NCBI GenBank assembly: GCA_029288725.1
Contig: JARIGS010000010.1
Location: forward strand, 103,883 to 167,882
DNA length: 64,000 bases
Reading direction: 5' to 3'
From: Candidatus Nomurabacteria bacterium
GTDB lineage: Bacteria; Patescibacteriota; Minisyncoccia; Phycocordibacterales; UBA9973
The notes under the pieces are model-generated. The model was given only the letters and a program-made list of their open reading frames with translations. It made no database searches and had not been told where the DNA came from. The position numbers were made by a program, and so were the translations under genes. Of the stretch, positions 49,803 through 59,840 are shown in pieces. How positions within the stretch are numbered: position 1 is the stretch's first letter; each line of letters starts with the position of its first letter.

Positions 49803-51674
49803 ATGTATATCGCAATAGTCATTCCGATCAGTAAAGGCATCCCATTTGATACCCTCACCTACTATAGTGCGGAACTTCTTGATGCCGGCACCATCGTATC
49901 GGTACCCTTTGGCAGACAGACCATTCATGCCATCATCGTCGAATGCCAGAGCCTGACCGAAGCCAAGACCGCCATCAAGCAGGCATCATTCTCACTCAAG
50001 AAAATCAGTCAGACCGTTGGACACGTACCGCTGCTGAGCGCCGTGATTGAAGGACTGCAGGAAACTGCCGCACGGACACTGACGCCGGTCGGCGCCATTG
50101 CTGGTGCAGTGATGCCGAGCAATCTGTTTGAATATGTTACTGGAGAAAAAATTATTACTCTTGCTGAAACCCAGGCAATCGAGCGAAACAGTTATCAGGA
50201 AGCAAGTGTCATTGGCACCACTACCGACCGGGCCGACCAGTATAAGCGCCTCATCCGTACGGCCTTTGCCGAAAAGAAAAGCGTGCTCTTCATTGCACCC
50301 ACTATTAGAAATCTTGAACAATGGAAAAATGCCCTACAGAAAGGCATTCCCAAGCATGTTGTCACGCTACACAGCAAAACGACCAAGAAAGACCTGCGCA
50401 GTGCCTTTGCCCTCATCAAGCAGAGCGACCGCCCGCTGGTGATATTTGCCACTCCAGGCTACAGCGTTCTGCCCCGTCATGACATCGGCGTGCTCATTGC
50501 CGAAGACGAAAGCAGTTCACTCTACAAAACCAACGATCGTTTCAAGACCGACCTCCGCATTTTCCTCGGAGCTTTTGCCAAAGCGGCACGATTTCATATG
50601 TATTGGGGTGACACGCTGCCGCGCTTTGAAACCCTGCACCGCACTGATGCAAGCCAACTCCCCCGCGCCTTCATTCCTGACAAGCTTAATGTCGTCCCCG
50701 TTGAACCGTATCGCAGTATCCTGCCAACGGAAGTGATTGAAATCATTCGCCATGCTGAGAAAAAGAAGAAGCGACTCTATATCCATGCTCACCGTAAGGG
50801 CGTTGCTCCGCTTTCCCGCTGCAGTGACTGCGGCACGATTGTGACCTGCGAGGTCTGCGGGCTGCCGATGGTATTGAAAAATAGAAGAAATGCCGAAGGA
50901 ATTGAGGAACGATACTTTGTGTGTAGTCATTGTGTCGCCACGCTTCCTGCCACGCATACCTGCACCTACTGTGGCAGTTGGAACATCGCGCCCGTAGCGA
51001 TCGGTACTGAAAGCATTCGTGATGCCATTGCAACCCTTGTCGGACCTGAGGCGGTAACCACCATCGATGATGACCTTACTCCGGACAGTGCCACTATCGA
51101 ACAATTGCTATCCTCAACCGAGAAGCAGAAGTTCGCGGTCATTATCGGCACGATCAAGGTATTACCGTTTCTTAAAAGTATTAACTACTGTCTCTTTCCT
51201 TTCTTTGACCGATTACTCTCAACGCCGTCACTCTACACAACCGAGCATGTCCTGCGATTGGTCATGGAATGCAATGAGCGCTCATCTGACGGTGTGCTGG
51301 TCTTCAGCCGCCAATCGGACTTTCCACTGATCAAACAGCTTGAGACGCAGAAAATAAACGCCATCATTCATGATGAACTGGCACTGCGCAAGGAAATCGG
51401 CTATCCGCCTTTTGGCAGCATCATCAAGATCAGTCTGACGGTACCAGAAGGCTATCGCTTGAGTGTGGTGGAGAAAATGCAGCACCATCTCACCGATCTC
51501 GAAGCAACGATGATGCCGGCTCGTCGCATCAGTATCGGCAGCATGAAAGTGCTCCTGACCTGGATCATCAAAACACCGACCACCTACATCGAGGAAGAAG
51601 GCCCGGCTTTGGCCGCATTCCTGACCTCGCTCCATTTTCCGTATCTTATTGAGGAGAATCCGGAACGACTATAA
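49803..51674 (+). CDS. priA: PriA-like primosomal protein with degenerate helicase motifs
   Basis: N-terminal LTYY..G.IV.VPFG; four CxxC pairs; R..IGYPPF; no Walker A or DExH. Confidence 0.8.
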   Translation: MYIAIVIPISKGIPFDTLTYYSAELLDAGTIVSVPFGRQTIHAIIVECQSLTEAKTAIKQASFSLKKISQTVGHVPLLSAVIEGLQETAARTLTPVGAIAGAVMPSNLFEYVTGEKIITLAETQAIERNSYQEASVIGTTTDRADQYKRLIRTAFAEKKSVLFIAPTIRNLEQWKNALQKGIPKHVVTLHSKTTKKDLRSAFALIKQSDRPLVIFATPGYSVLPRHDIGVLIAEDESSSLYKTNDRFKTDLRIFLGAFAKAARFHMYWGDTLPRFETLHRTDASQLPRAFIPDKLNVVPVEPYRSILPTEVIEIIRHAEKKKKRLYIHAHRKGVAPLSRCSDCGTIVTCEVCGLPMVLKNRRNAEGIEERYFVCSHCVATLPATHTCTYCGSWNIAPVAIGTESIRDAIATLVGPEAVTTIDDDLTPDSATIEQLLSSTEKQKFAVIIGTIKVLPFLKSINYCLFPFFDRLLSTPSLYTTEHVLRLVMECNERSSDGVLVFSRQSDFPLIKQLETQKINAIIHDELALRKEIGYPPFGSIIKISLTVPEGYRLSVVEKMQHHLTDLEATMMPARRISIGSMKVLLTWIIKTPTTYIEEEGPALAAFLTSLHFPYLIEENPERL

Positions 51675-51715
51675 CGCTGTTGCGGGACAATAAAACCTAT
51701 GGTACTATTGCACCC

Positions 51716-51940
51716 ATGCCAATGATCAATGTAGAAATCAAGCGAAACGGGACAGAAAACGCTTTGGGCGTTATTCGCCGTTTCTCTCGCAAGATGCAGG
51801 AAAGCGGGATCATCCCCAAGGTGAAAGGCCAGCGTTATGCAGTCCGCCCACTCTCAAAGCTTGCAGAAAAGAATATGAAGGTACGCCGCCTTGCTCGTCG
51901 TGTAGAAGTTGAAAAACTGAAGAAACTCGGCAAGATGTAA
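51716..51940 (+). CDS. rpsU: 30S ribosomal protein bS21 (divergent)
   Basis: VEIKR..TEN...IRRFSRKMQESGII; basic 74 aa. Confidence 0.7.
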   Translation: MPMINVEIKRNGTENALGVIRRFSRKMQESGIIPKVKGQRYAVRPLSKLAEKNMKVRRLARRVEVEKLKKLGKM

Positions 51941-51941
51941 T

Positions 51942-52328
51942 ATGGCAGTACTTGATACTGACACCCTAACAGTATCCATCAATGGCACGCTTCCCAGCGT
52001 GCCATTTTTGGCATTGAAGGAAAAAATTCTTGGCAAGAAGTATGAGCTCTCCATTCGCTTCGTTGCACCGGCTGAAGCACAAGCCTTGAACATTGCTCAT
52101 CGCCAGAAGGACTACGTCCCTAACACGTTATCATTTCCCCTCTCTGATAGTAGTGGCGAAATCATTCTTTGCCGCTCGGCAATGCGAAAAGAGTTCAAGC
52201 AATTCGACATGACATACGAACAATATCTGGTCTTTATCGTCATCCACAGCATGTTGCATTTGAAAGGATACGAACATGGAAGTATAATGGAACGTAAGGA
52301 GCGAGCGTTACTCGCACTTTTTACGTAA
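51942..52328 (+). CDS. ybeY: rRNA maturation RNase YbeY
   Basis: LN..HR.KDY.PNTLSF, HSMLHLKGYEH. Confidence 0.9.
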   Translation: MAVLDTDTLTVSINGTLPSVPFLALKEKILGKKYELSIRFVAPAEAQALNIAHRQKDYVPNTLSFPLSDSSGEIILCRSAMRKEFKQFDMTYEQYLVFIVIHSMLHLKGYEHGSIMERKERALLALFT

Positions 52329-52334
52329 TCATCG

Positions 52335-53504
52335 ATGAAGCAACAACTCCGCATAGGCATTGATATCGGTACCTCCATGACTCGCGTCGTCGCGTGTGCT
52401 GATGAGGGCAGTGGACTGCCTAAGATTGCAGCGAGCAGCTCAGTCGAAACCCGTGGCATGCGCCATGGCTACGTCATTAACCGTGAAGAGGTTGCGGCCG
52501 GACTGCGTCAGGCCGTGCGCGAAGTCGAAAAGGAACTCGGTACGAAAGTGAAAACAGCTGCTATTGCCATTGGTGGCACCGGCATCACCTCGGAAGAAGC
52601 AATCGGTGGCAGCATTGCAAGTCGCGCTGACGGTATCATTAGCAAGTTCGATATCGACAAGGCCATTCAGGATGCCGAGTCCCGCATTGATCTCAAGAAC
52701 AGAACCATTCTTCACGCCTACCCTATCGTCTTCAAGATTGACGGCAAGGAATTGCCCACTCGCCCTGAGGGGATTAGCGGCATCAAGTTGGAAGTACGCG
52801 TACTGTTTGTCACCTGTTTCCAGCAACACCTTGATGACCTTCTCGCAGTAACGCAGGAAGTCGGCATTCGCGTCACCGGCTTTACCGCCACCCCACTTGC
52901 CGCACACAAGCTTCTGCTCACTGACCTGCAGCGCAACTTCGGCTGCACGATGATCGACATCGGTGCCGAGACGGTCTCAGTGTCAGTATTTGAAAACAAC
53001 ACCCTTACCTCGCTCTTTGTCTTTGGCATCGGCTCACTCGACATCACCAAGGACATTGCCCTCGGTCTGCGCGTTACCCCCGAGGAGGCCGAGAGCATCA
53101 AGCTCGGTACGGTATCGTTTCAGGCTGTGCCAAAGAAAAAGCTCGATGAGATCATCGAGGCTCGTCTTTCTGATATTTTTGAACTAGTAGATAAGTATTT
53201 TAAAAAGATCGGCCGCAGTGGCCTATTGCCAGCCGGTGCAATCATCATTGGTGGTGGCAGCCGCATGCCATTGGTAGAGGCAGTGGCAAAACAAATGCTG
53301 CGCATTCCGGTAAAGGTTGCCCATGTTGATTTTCCCGGCACTAAAGGCCCCGTAAAGGATAACCGCCTGCTCGTCGCCTACAGCATTGCCGTTGCCAATG
53401 AAGAAGCCCAACAAGGTCCTTCTCGCCGCAGCAGCCATCACGAAGGCGATGGTGAAGGCATCTGGGATACCATCAAGGCATTTTTCAAACAGTTAATTCC
53501 ATAA
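52335..53504 (+). CDS. ftsA: Cell division protein FtsA
   Basis: GIDIGTS, IDIGAET, ITKDIA, AESIK, IIEARL, GGG; upstream of ftsZ. Confidence 0.93.
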   Translation: MKQQLRIGIDIGTSMTRVVACADEGSGLPKIAASSSVETRGMRHGYVINREEVAAGLRQAVREVEKELGTKVKTAAIAIGGTGITSEEAIGGSIASRADGIISKFDIDKAIQDAESRIDLKNRTILHAYPIVFKIDGKELPTRPEGISGIKLEVRVLFVTCFQQHLDDLLAVTQEVGIRVTGFTATPLAAHKLLLTDLQRNFGCTMIDIGAETVSVSVFENNTLTSLFVFGIGSLDITKDIALGLRVTPEEAESIKLGTVSFQAVPKKKLDEIIEARLSDIFELVDKYFKKIGRSGLLPAGAIIIGGGSRMPLVEAVAKQMLRIPVKVAHVDFPGTKGPVKDNRLLVAYSIAVANEEAQQGPSRRSSHHEGDGEGIWDTIKAFFKQLIP

Positions 53505-53509
53505 AATAA

Positions 53510-53542
53510 AAAAGGGTTCCGCTAAATTAGAGGAACCCTTTT
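53510..53542. terminator. Bidirectional terminator after ftsA
   Basis: aaaagggttcc...ggaaccctttt. Confidence 0.75.
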
Positions 53543-53553
53543 AGTTTTTTTGT

Positions 53554-53742
53554 TTAGTTAGTGACTGGCTGCTGATGAACATTCATGTAAAGCCCTTGAA
53601 AATAGGGGGAAACTATAATCTCCTTTTCTCCACTGGTTTCGTTTGTAATGTACTCAATAGCACCACCTGTTTTTAAGAATTGCATTTCTGGAGGAGCGGG
53701 ATATACATCATCACTCCTGGATTCAAAGTCAATCATGCTCAT
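53554..53742 (-). CDS. Small orphan protein (62 aa) inserted between ftsA and ftsZ
   Basis: ORF with TTGACA-17-TATTTT promoter and shared terminator. Confidence 0.5.
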   Translation of the reverse strand: MSMIDFESRSDDVYPAPPEMQFLKTGGAIEYITNETSGEKEIIVSPYFQGLYMNVHQQPVTN

Positions 53743-53873
53743 GGCTTAATAGTTTATGAAGAGGTTTCATCTAAAAATACTACATTCTGGGCATAGTGTC
53801 AATTTCATTGCCCTTTTAGGGGCTTGTGGTATATTGTCACCATACTAATAGCCCGTGGAAGGGAGAGTGAAAT

Positions 53874-55085
53874 ATGCCAAAATTAAGCCCAGAAATTGAA
53901 ACTGCCGCCCGTATTAAGGTAATCGGTGTCGGTGGATCAGGCGGCAATGCCGTCAACCACATGATCGGTGGACGCGTCCGCTCAGTGGAATTTATCGTCA
54001 TGAATACCGATGTGCAGGATTTGCACAAGTCAGCAGCCGAAAAGAAGATTCACCTCGGTAAGAACCTTACCAAGGGTCTTGGTGCCGGCATGAACCCAGA
54101 AATCGGCATGCGTGCCGCTGAGGAAACCAAGGCTGAGATTCAGGATGCCGTAAAGGGCGCCGACATGGTCTTCATCGCCTGTGGTATGGGCGGTGGTACT
54201 GGTACTGGTGCAGCACCAGTGGTTGCTCGCGCAGCCAAGGAACAGGGCATTCTTACTGTTGCCGTCGTGACCAAGCCATTCTTCTTCGAAGGCAATCAGC
54301 GCATGAAGATCGCAGAACGCGGTATTGAGGAATTGGAAGCGGAAGTTGATGCCATCATTGTCATTCCAAACGACCGTTTGCTTGCTATCGCCGGCAAGGA
54401 CACTACCTTCAAGGACGCATTTGCAAAGTGTGACGAAGTCCTTCGTCAGGCAGTCGAGGGCATCTCTGACCTCATCGCCTCTCCGGGTATCATCAACGTT
54501 GACTTCGCCGACATGAAGTCTGTCCTCACTGACGCCGGTACTGCCCTCATGGGTGTTGGTACCGCAACCGGTGACGGCCGTGCTGAAAAGGCCGCTATTC
54601 AGGCTATCAACTCTCCCCTTCTCGACATTTCCATCAATGGTGCTCGCGGCGTGCTCTTCGCCATCTCTTCCAACGACGACCTTACGATGCAGGAATTCCA
54701 GGATTCTGCGAAAGTCATTACCGAGTCTATCGACAAGGATGCTAGGGTCATTATCGGTACTATTGCCGATGACCGCATGAAGAAAGGTGAAATGAAGATC
54801 ACCGTTATTGCAACCGGCTTCCCAACTGAGAATGCCAAGAAGCAGAATCTCTTTGGCGGCAATGCCCAGCAGCTTTTCACGCGCGCTGAACAGCAGTCAA
54901 CTACAACTGCACCATTGCCTCAGCAGCCAGCTCCCCAGCCTGTTATCGAACGCGAACCAGTGAAGCCAATGGTACAGAAGGCTGATGTTCGCCCTGCCAC
55001 TGAACCGGATGTACTAGAACCGGAAGGAACCGAAGAGGAAGATTGGGGCGCTATCCCAGCTTTCCTTAGACGCAATAAAAAATAA
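53874..55085 (+). CDS. ftsZ: Cell division protein FtsZ
   Basis: [25 protein letters not shown]-terminal IPAFLRR. Confidence 0.99.
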   Translation: MPKLSPEIETAARIKVIGVGGSGGNAVNHMIGGRVRSVEFIVMNTDVQDLHKSAAEKKIHLGKNLTKGLGAGMNPEIGMRAAEETKAEIQDAVKGADMVFIACGMGGGTGTGAAPVVARAAKEQGILTVAVVTKPFFFEGNQRMKIAERGIEELEAEVDAIIVIPNDRLLAIAGKDTTFKDAFAKCDEVLRQAVEGISDLIASPGIINVDFADMKSVLTDAGTALMGVGTATGDGRAEKAAIQAINSPLLDISINGARGVLFAISSNDDLTMQEFQDSAKVITESIDKDARVIIGTIADDRMKKGEMKITVIATGFPTENAKKQNLFGGNAQQLFTRAEQQSTTTAPLPQQPAPQPVIEREPVKPMVQKADVRPATEPDVLEPEGTEEEDWGAIPAFLRRNKK

Positions 55086-55099
55086 GGTTTCCTCACTAT

Positions 55100-55201
55100 A
55101 AAAAGAACACCCGTTCGCTCGCACACATAAATTTCTGCTGAAATTTTGCTCTGCTCGGCTCAGTCAGCCTTGCGCAAGGGTCGCGAACGGGTGTTCTTTT
55201 T
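55100..55201. repeat. Nested inverted-repeat element (19-bp perfect arms enclosing internal hairpins)
   Basis: aaaaagaacacccgttcgc/gcgaacgggtgttcttttt around aaatttc-tgct-gaaattt and ccttg-cg-caagg. Confidence 0.7.
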
Positions 55202-55226
55202 GCGTTCGAAACAGTATAATAATGCC

Positions 55227-56174
55227 ATGAATTACGATTTGATTATTATTGGCGGGGCGCCGGCTGGTGTTGCTGGGGCGGTCTATGCTGCGCGCAAGCG
55301 CTTGAACACCCTGGTTATTGCAGAGGAAATAGGCGGGCAGTCAGCCGTATCAGAAACTATCTTTAACTGGATCGGTACACCGGAAGTCAGCGGTGCCGAC
55401 CTTGCAAAAAATCTTCGCAGCCACTTGGAATACTACACCAAGGATGGTGACACCCTCCGTCTTGCCATTGGCGAACGCGCAACAGCTATTACAAAGAGTG
55501 GCGAAGAGTTCGTTGTCACGACTGGCTACGATGACGCATCGAAGAAAACCTATACTGCAAAAAGCGTTCTTATAGCAACAGGCTCTCGCCATCGTCAGCT
55601 TGACGTTCCTGGTGCAGCGACATTCGAGCACAAAGGTATCCTATACTGTGCAACCTGTGACGGTCCGCTTTTCTCCGGTCAGCCCGTGGCAGTAATCGGT
55701 GGTGGTAATGCCGCACTTGAAGCGGTGCTCCAGCTTGCTGAATACACCTCACACGTTACCCTGCTCCATCGCAGTGATGAGTTCAAGGCTGATCCTATTA
55801 CCGTTGAAAAAGCCAAGACCCTCAGCAATGTCACCATTCTTACCAATGTCGAGCTCAAGGAAATTACCGGCTCAATGTTTGTTGGAGGTCTTACCTACGT
55901 TCAGAATGGTAACGAGGCATTGCAATCTCTTGCGGTCAATGCCGTCTTTGTAGAAATTGGGCAGCTACCCAATACAGAATTGGCACAAGATGTCGTTACC
56001 CTTGATCAGTATAAAAAAATTGTGGTTGACCCTACCAATCAGCGCACCAGTACCCTCGGCATCTGGGCAGCTGGTGACTGCACTAACGGCCTCTACCATC
56101 AGAACAACATTGCAGCGGGTGATGCAGTGAAAGCAATTGAGGACCTCTACATCTGGCTCAAAAAGGCCGAATAA
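55227..56174 (+). CDS. trxB: Thioredoxin reductase-like FAD oxidoreductase
   Basis: IIGGAPAG, IATGS, YCATCDG, VIGGGNAA, WAAGD. Confidence 0.88.
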   Translation: MNYDLIIIGGAPAGVAGAVYAARKRLNTLVIAEEIGGQSAVSETIFNWIGTPEVSGADLAKNLRSHLEYYTKDGDTLRLAIGERATAITKSGEEFVVTTGYDDASKKTYTAKSVLIATGSRHRQLDVPGAATFEHKGILYCATCDGPLFSGQPVAVIGGGNAALEAVLQLAEYTSHVTLLHRSDEFKADPITVEKAKTLSNVTILTNVELKEITGSMFVGGLTYVQNGNEALQSLAVNAVFVEIGQLPNTELAQDVVTLDQYKKIVVDPTNQRTSTLGIWAAGDCTNGLYHQNNIAAGDAVKAIEDLYIWLKKAE

Positions 56175-56179
56175 ATTTC

Positions 56180-56983
56180 TTAGTTGAGAAAAAGATTATT
56201 GAAAAGACATGCTACCGTGATTGGGCCAATACCGCCGGGTACGGGTGTATAGAGTGATGCCTTATCAGCACACTGGGGATCAATATCGCCGACGAGCTTT
56301 CCGGTCATCTCACTTGTTCCCGCATCAATAAGCACTACTCCTTCCTTGATCATATCAGGGGTTATTGCATGTGGTGTGCCAGTACCAGAAATAATGATGT
56401 CAGCCTCTGCCAGTAGTTCTAGCTGCTGGGGTAATGGCGTATACATATCAATGGCAACGTACGGTACTTCCAAACGATCAAGCAGGAGCATAACTGGACC
56501 ACCCACTAGGGCGCCCTTCCCTCTCACCACAATACGCTTGTCGTGGAGAGTGATGGTGTACAGCTTCAGAACAAGCTCAACTGCGGCGGCAACCGGCGGC
56601 ATGCGAGCAGTGTCGCCATTGGCAAATGCCATCAATGCGGCAGTGCTAAGGACATCGACATCCATACCAAGTGGAAGCTCATTCATGACGGCACCGGCAT
56701 CGATGCCCGGTGGTAGTGGCAACTGTATGACAATGCCATCATACCCTTCAGCTACGATGCCTTGCAATACCGCTATTGCTTCCTCAGTAGTAGCTGCATC
56801 CGACTGAACATGGACTGCACTGACTCCCAGCTGTTCTGCCACCTTCATTTTCATGCCAACGAATTTCTTACTTGCCAGATCATCACCATACTGGAGAAAG
56901 CACACGCGTGTAATCTGCTGCATTGCCTGGTCCTTCAGTGATTCAATCACTGCTTCCTTGATACTGTTTCCGTCAACAATCAT
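56180..56983 (-). CDS. folD: Methylene-THF dehydrogenase/cyclohydrolase
   Basis: GIVIQLPLP, DVD, LVGGP, IDAG, TPVPGGIGPITV. Confidence 0.92.
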   Translation of the reverse strand: MIVDGNSIKEAVIESLKDQAMQQITRVCFLQYGDDLASKKFVGMKMKVAEQLGVSAVHVQSDAATTEEAIAVLQGIVAEGYDGIVIQLPLPPGIDAGAVMNELPLGMDVDVLSTAALMAFANGDTARMPPVAAAVELVLKLYTITLHDKRIVVRGKGALVGGPVMLLLDRLEVPYVAIDMYTPLPQQLELLAEADIIISGTGTPHAITPDMIKEGVVLIDAGTSEMTGKLVGDIDPQCADKASLYTPVPGGIGPITVACLFNNLFLN

Positions 56984-58155
56984 ATGAGTATGCTTCTTAG
57001 TATCTGATCAATCTGTTTGGCCAAGGCGATCATATCGTCTGTAGTTTTGCCGCGCGTGGTTTCGGCCGCTGTTCCGACGCGAATGCCAGAAGGATCAATC
57101 GGTGTACGGGTATCAAACGGAATGGCATTTTTGTTCACGATAATGTCCTCGCGCTCCAAGGCTTCACTCGCCGCCTGTCCGCTGATGCCATTGAGCCAGG
57201 TATCAACGAGGAAAAGATGGGTATCAGTACCTCCAGAAATAATGCGCCAGCCCTTTTCAGACAATGCCTGAGCCAATGTCTGGGCATTATTCACCACTGC
57301 TGCCGCATAGGCTTTGAACTCCGGCTGCATGGCCTCATGTAGTGCTACAGCAATGCCGGCAATGGCATTCATATGCGGACCGCCCTGCAGTCCTGGGAAT
57401 ACTGCCTTATTAACTTTCTCATGCAGCTTACGCTCATCCTTGCGCGTAAAGATCAGTGCTCCACGCGGACCTCGCAATGTTTTGTGCGTAGTCATCATAA
57501 CTGTGTCAGCATAGCCAAATGGACTTGGGTATACTCCTCCAGCAATCAGCCCTGCAATGTGCGAAGCATCAACATGCAGTAACGCACCTGCTTCATCAGC
57601 AATGGCTCGCAATGCATCCCAATCAATAATGCGTGAGTACGCAGTGTAGCCTGCCACCAGCATAGCTGGCTTTTCTTCCAGTGCCACCGCACGCATCGCA
57701 GTGTGATCAAGGACTTCAGTCTCCTTATCAAGCACATACGGTACTTGCTGCCACCATCTGCCTGTTATTGAGACCTTGTGACCATGAGTGAGATGTCCGC
57801 CCTGATCAAGCGACAGACCCATGATCTTTGCACCGTGCGGTACTAATGCAGTATAGACAGCAAGATTGGCCGGTGAGCCAGACAATGCCTGCACGTTAAC
57901 GGCCCATGCATCAGCCGACAATCCGAACAATGCCAAGGCACGCTCTTGTGTCAGACGCTCTAGGGCATCTGTGTGCATATTGCCCCCATAATACCGCGCA
58001 CCAGGATAGCCTTCGGCATACTTGTTGGTGAGCGTACTGCCCAGTGCGGCAAGGACATCGTCGGATACGTAATTTTCGGATGCGATTAAGTTAATCGTCT
58101 GCTCTTGGCGAAGGGCTTCATCGTGCAATAGTTGTGCGACCTCTTTGTCCTGCAT
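56980..58155 (-). CDS. glyA: Serine hydroxymethyltransferase
   Basis: LIASEN, KYAEGYPG.RYYGG, GGHLTHG, TTHKTLRGPRG. Confidence 0.98.
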   Translation of the reverse strand: MQDKEVAQLLHDEALRQEQTINLIASENYVSDDVLAALGSTLTNKYAEGYPGARYYGGNMHTDALERLTQERALALFGLSADAWAVNVQALSGSPANLAVYTALVPHGAKIMGLSLDQGGHLTHGHKVSITGRWWQQVPYVLDKETEVLDHTAMRAVALEEKPAMLVAGYTAYSRIIDWDALRAIADEAGALLHVDASHIAGLIAGGVYPSPFGYADTVMMTTHKTLRGPRGALIFTRKDERKLHEKVNKAVFPGLQGGPHMNAIAGIAVALHEAMQPEFKAYAAAVVNNAQTLAQALSEKGWRIISGGTDTHLFLVDTWLNGISGQAASEALEREDIIVNKNAIPFDTRTPIDPSGIRVGTAAETTRGKTTDDMIALAKQIDQILRSILI

Positions 58156-58161
58156 GCAATG

Positions 58162-59049
58162 TTATCGGGGTAATACATCCAGTAATTCGTCTGACTGATA
58201 GAACAATGTGCCAAGCTCGCCAAAGGCATAGTCCTTACCGCCCAGTGTGATAGTTGATCCTGCCGCCTTAGGATTGGCATTGGGATGGGAGGCACCAAAG
58301 CCAATGTTGAAAATCGTCACCGTCACGTCAGGACGAGCGGTCACATCGTAGCCGGCATGACTCCATTGGGCTTCAACTTCCTTGATGAAGGCTGCGGTGT
58401 AGAGGTAGGAGTAGTAGTGATTGTGCTCATCGGTCAGGCGGTTGTAGAGCTCAGTATCATGATTGCTGCCGTCAGGATATGCGAGCAATGGAGCGATCGT
58501 TGGACCTGGATAGAATGGCGATGAAGGATCATTGGCATATTGCTCGATCTGAGTAGCGGTATCCTGCTTGATGCCAGAGACGCCGAGTGAGAATTTTGAA
58601 AGTGAAGAGAGAATTTTCAATGGCTCGAAATACTTCTTGAAGCTTTCGCGGTTGGCCGTGAAGTAGCGCAATTGTTCAGGCACGACTGCTGAGGCAATCA
58701 TGCGGGCTGACACACCGGTTTGGCCGGAAACCTGATCGAGCACTGAGGCATCCTTGGTCAGTGCGCCGTGCAGCACATTCCATTCCTCGGTTTTATTCCA
58801 ATCGCACACCGTTGGCACCTTGCCATTCACGGCCTGACAACTGCTAGTCACCGCCGTACCAGGCACCACACCCAGCGACAGGTTGCGAGCTGTACTTGAA
58901 CCCTTGACATTGAGCAAGCCAAACTGCATTGCCACAAAGACGCCCGCAAACGTCAGGCCGATCAAAGCAAAGAGACTGACAATAATTGCAACATATCGGC
59001 GAATGGCCCATTGTCTATTGAGCCAGGTAAAAACAGGGAAATTTTTCAT
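58162..59049 (-). CDS. Membrane-anchored protein, possible lysozyme-like fold
   Basis: N-terminal TM; helix ending VVPEQ, SLGVSGIK, FNIG motifs. Confidence 0.5.
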   Translation of the reverse strand: MKNFPVFTWLNRQWAIRRYVAIIVSLFALIGLTFAGVFVAMQFGLLNVKGSSTARNLSLGVVPGTAVTSSCQAVNGKVPTVCDWNKTEEWNVLHGALTKDASVLDQVSGQTGVSARMIASAVVPEQLRYFTANRESFKKYFEPLKILSSLSKFSLGVSGIKQDTATQIEQYANDPSSPFYPGPTIAPLLAYPDGSNHDTELYNRLTDEHNHYYSYLYTAAFIKEVEAQWSHAGYDVTARPDVTVTIFNIGFGASHPNANPKAAGSTITLGGKDYAFGELGTLFYQSDELLDVLPR

Positions 59050-59085
59050 GCAGTCACTATACCAAATAAGTCAGTATTGCAAAAG

Positions 59086-59115
59086 AAAAAAGGCCTTTCG
59101 CATTGCGAAAGGCCT
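59086..59115. terminator. Hairpin/terminator in intergenic region
   Basis: aaaaaggcctttcgca-t-tgcgaaaggcct. Confidence 0.6.
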
Positions 59116-59286
59116 AACTACTAATCATATATATGATGGACAACTTGCGGCTACCGAGGTAGAGCAAGAAGAGTGGACAAAAGAAAGAACTTCTTTTTTA
59201 CTCTATACCTGTGGATAAGATTTGTCAAAAATTGACTATCGTAAGAAATATGGTATGGTAGAAAAGAACATTCAAAACCACATACT

Positions 59287-59727
59287 ATGAAAAAACTGAT
59301 TAAATACTGCGCCATCATGGGAATTATCCTCGCATGGCTTGGAGTAACAATGATCCTCAGCGACTTGACTTGCCTCACTCATTTCACGAGCGAGCATTAT
59401 TATGTTGAAAGAAATGACCACTTTTTTGTCTCCCCCTCCCCTGTGCTCAATACCCTGCTCGCTCCGCCACAGTACGTGCTGAAGGTCTACAACCCTACCA
59501 CTGAAGATGAGCAATACGGCTATAGCAATATGGTAATCGGTGTCATCGGATTGGGATTGCTTATAATCAGCACCGCAATTCTGTTGCAATATGTCCATCG
59601 CGGCTACGGCACTACTCTTATTATTGCCATCGCCTTGCTTTACACGCTCTACTGGGCTGGCATAGCCATGTTCACTATCGTGCAAAACTGCAAGGGACAG
59701 CAGATACTTTCGGTTACGCAGTTTTAA
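59287..59727 (+). CDS. Hypothetical three-TM membrane protein (orphan)
   Basis: Hydrophobic segments; TTGACT-16-TATGGT promoter; terminator 59736-59767. Confidence 0.65.
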   Translation: MKKLIKYCAIMGIILAWLGVTMILSDLTCLTHFTSEHYYVERNDHFFVSPSPVLNTLLAPPQYVLKVYNPTTEDEQYGYSNMVIGVIGLGLLIISTAILLQYVHRGYGTTLIIAIALLYTLYWAGIAMFTIVQNCKGQQILSVTQF

Positions 59728-59840
59728 AACATCTGACCCTACCATTTTCAAATGGTGGGGTTTTTTTATTTCCTTGTTTCGGAAAATTAAAAAGTTTCCG
59801 TTAGGGTGTTTTTGAAAAAGACTTCGGGTAAAACTAGATC

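Noticed and set aside
59210-59218. Perfect DnaA box TGTGGATAA suggesting oriC
   Set aside because: Only one box noticed, with no cluster and no dnaA/dnaN nearby
1838-59751. Many antisense or alternate-frame ORFs in the track (e.g. 24713..25198, 31189..31731, 44800..45381, 50517..51104)
   Set aside because: They are shadows of well-supported genes, with no recognisable motifs or independent expression signals
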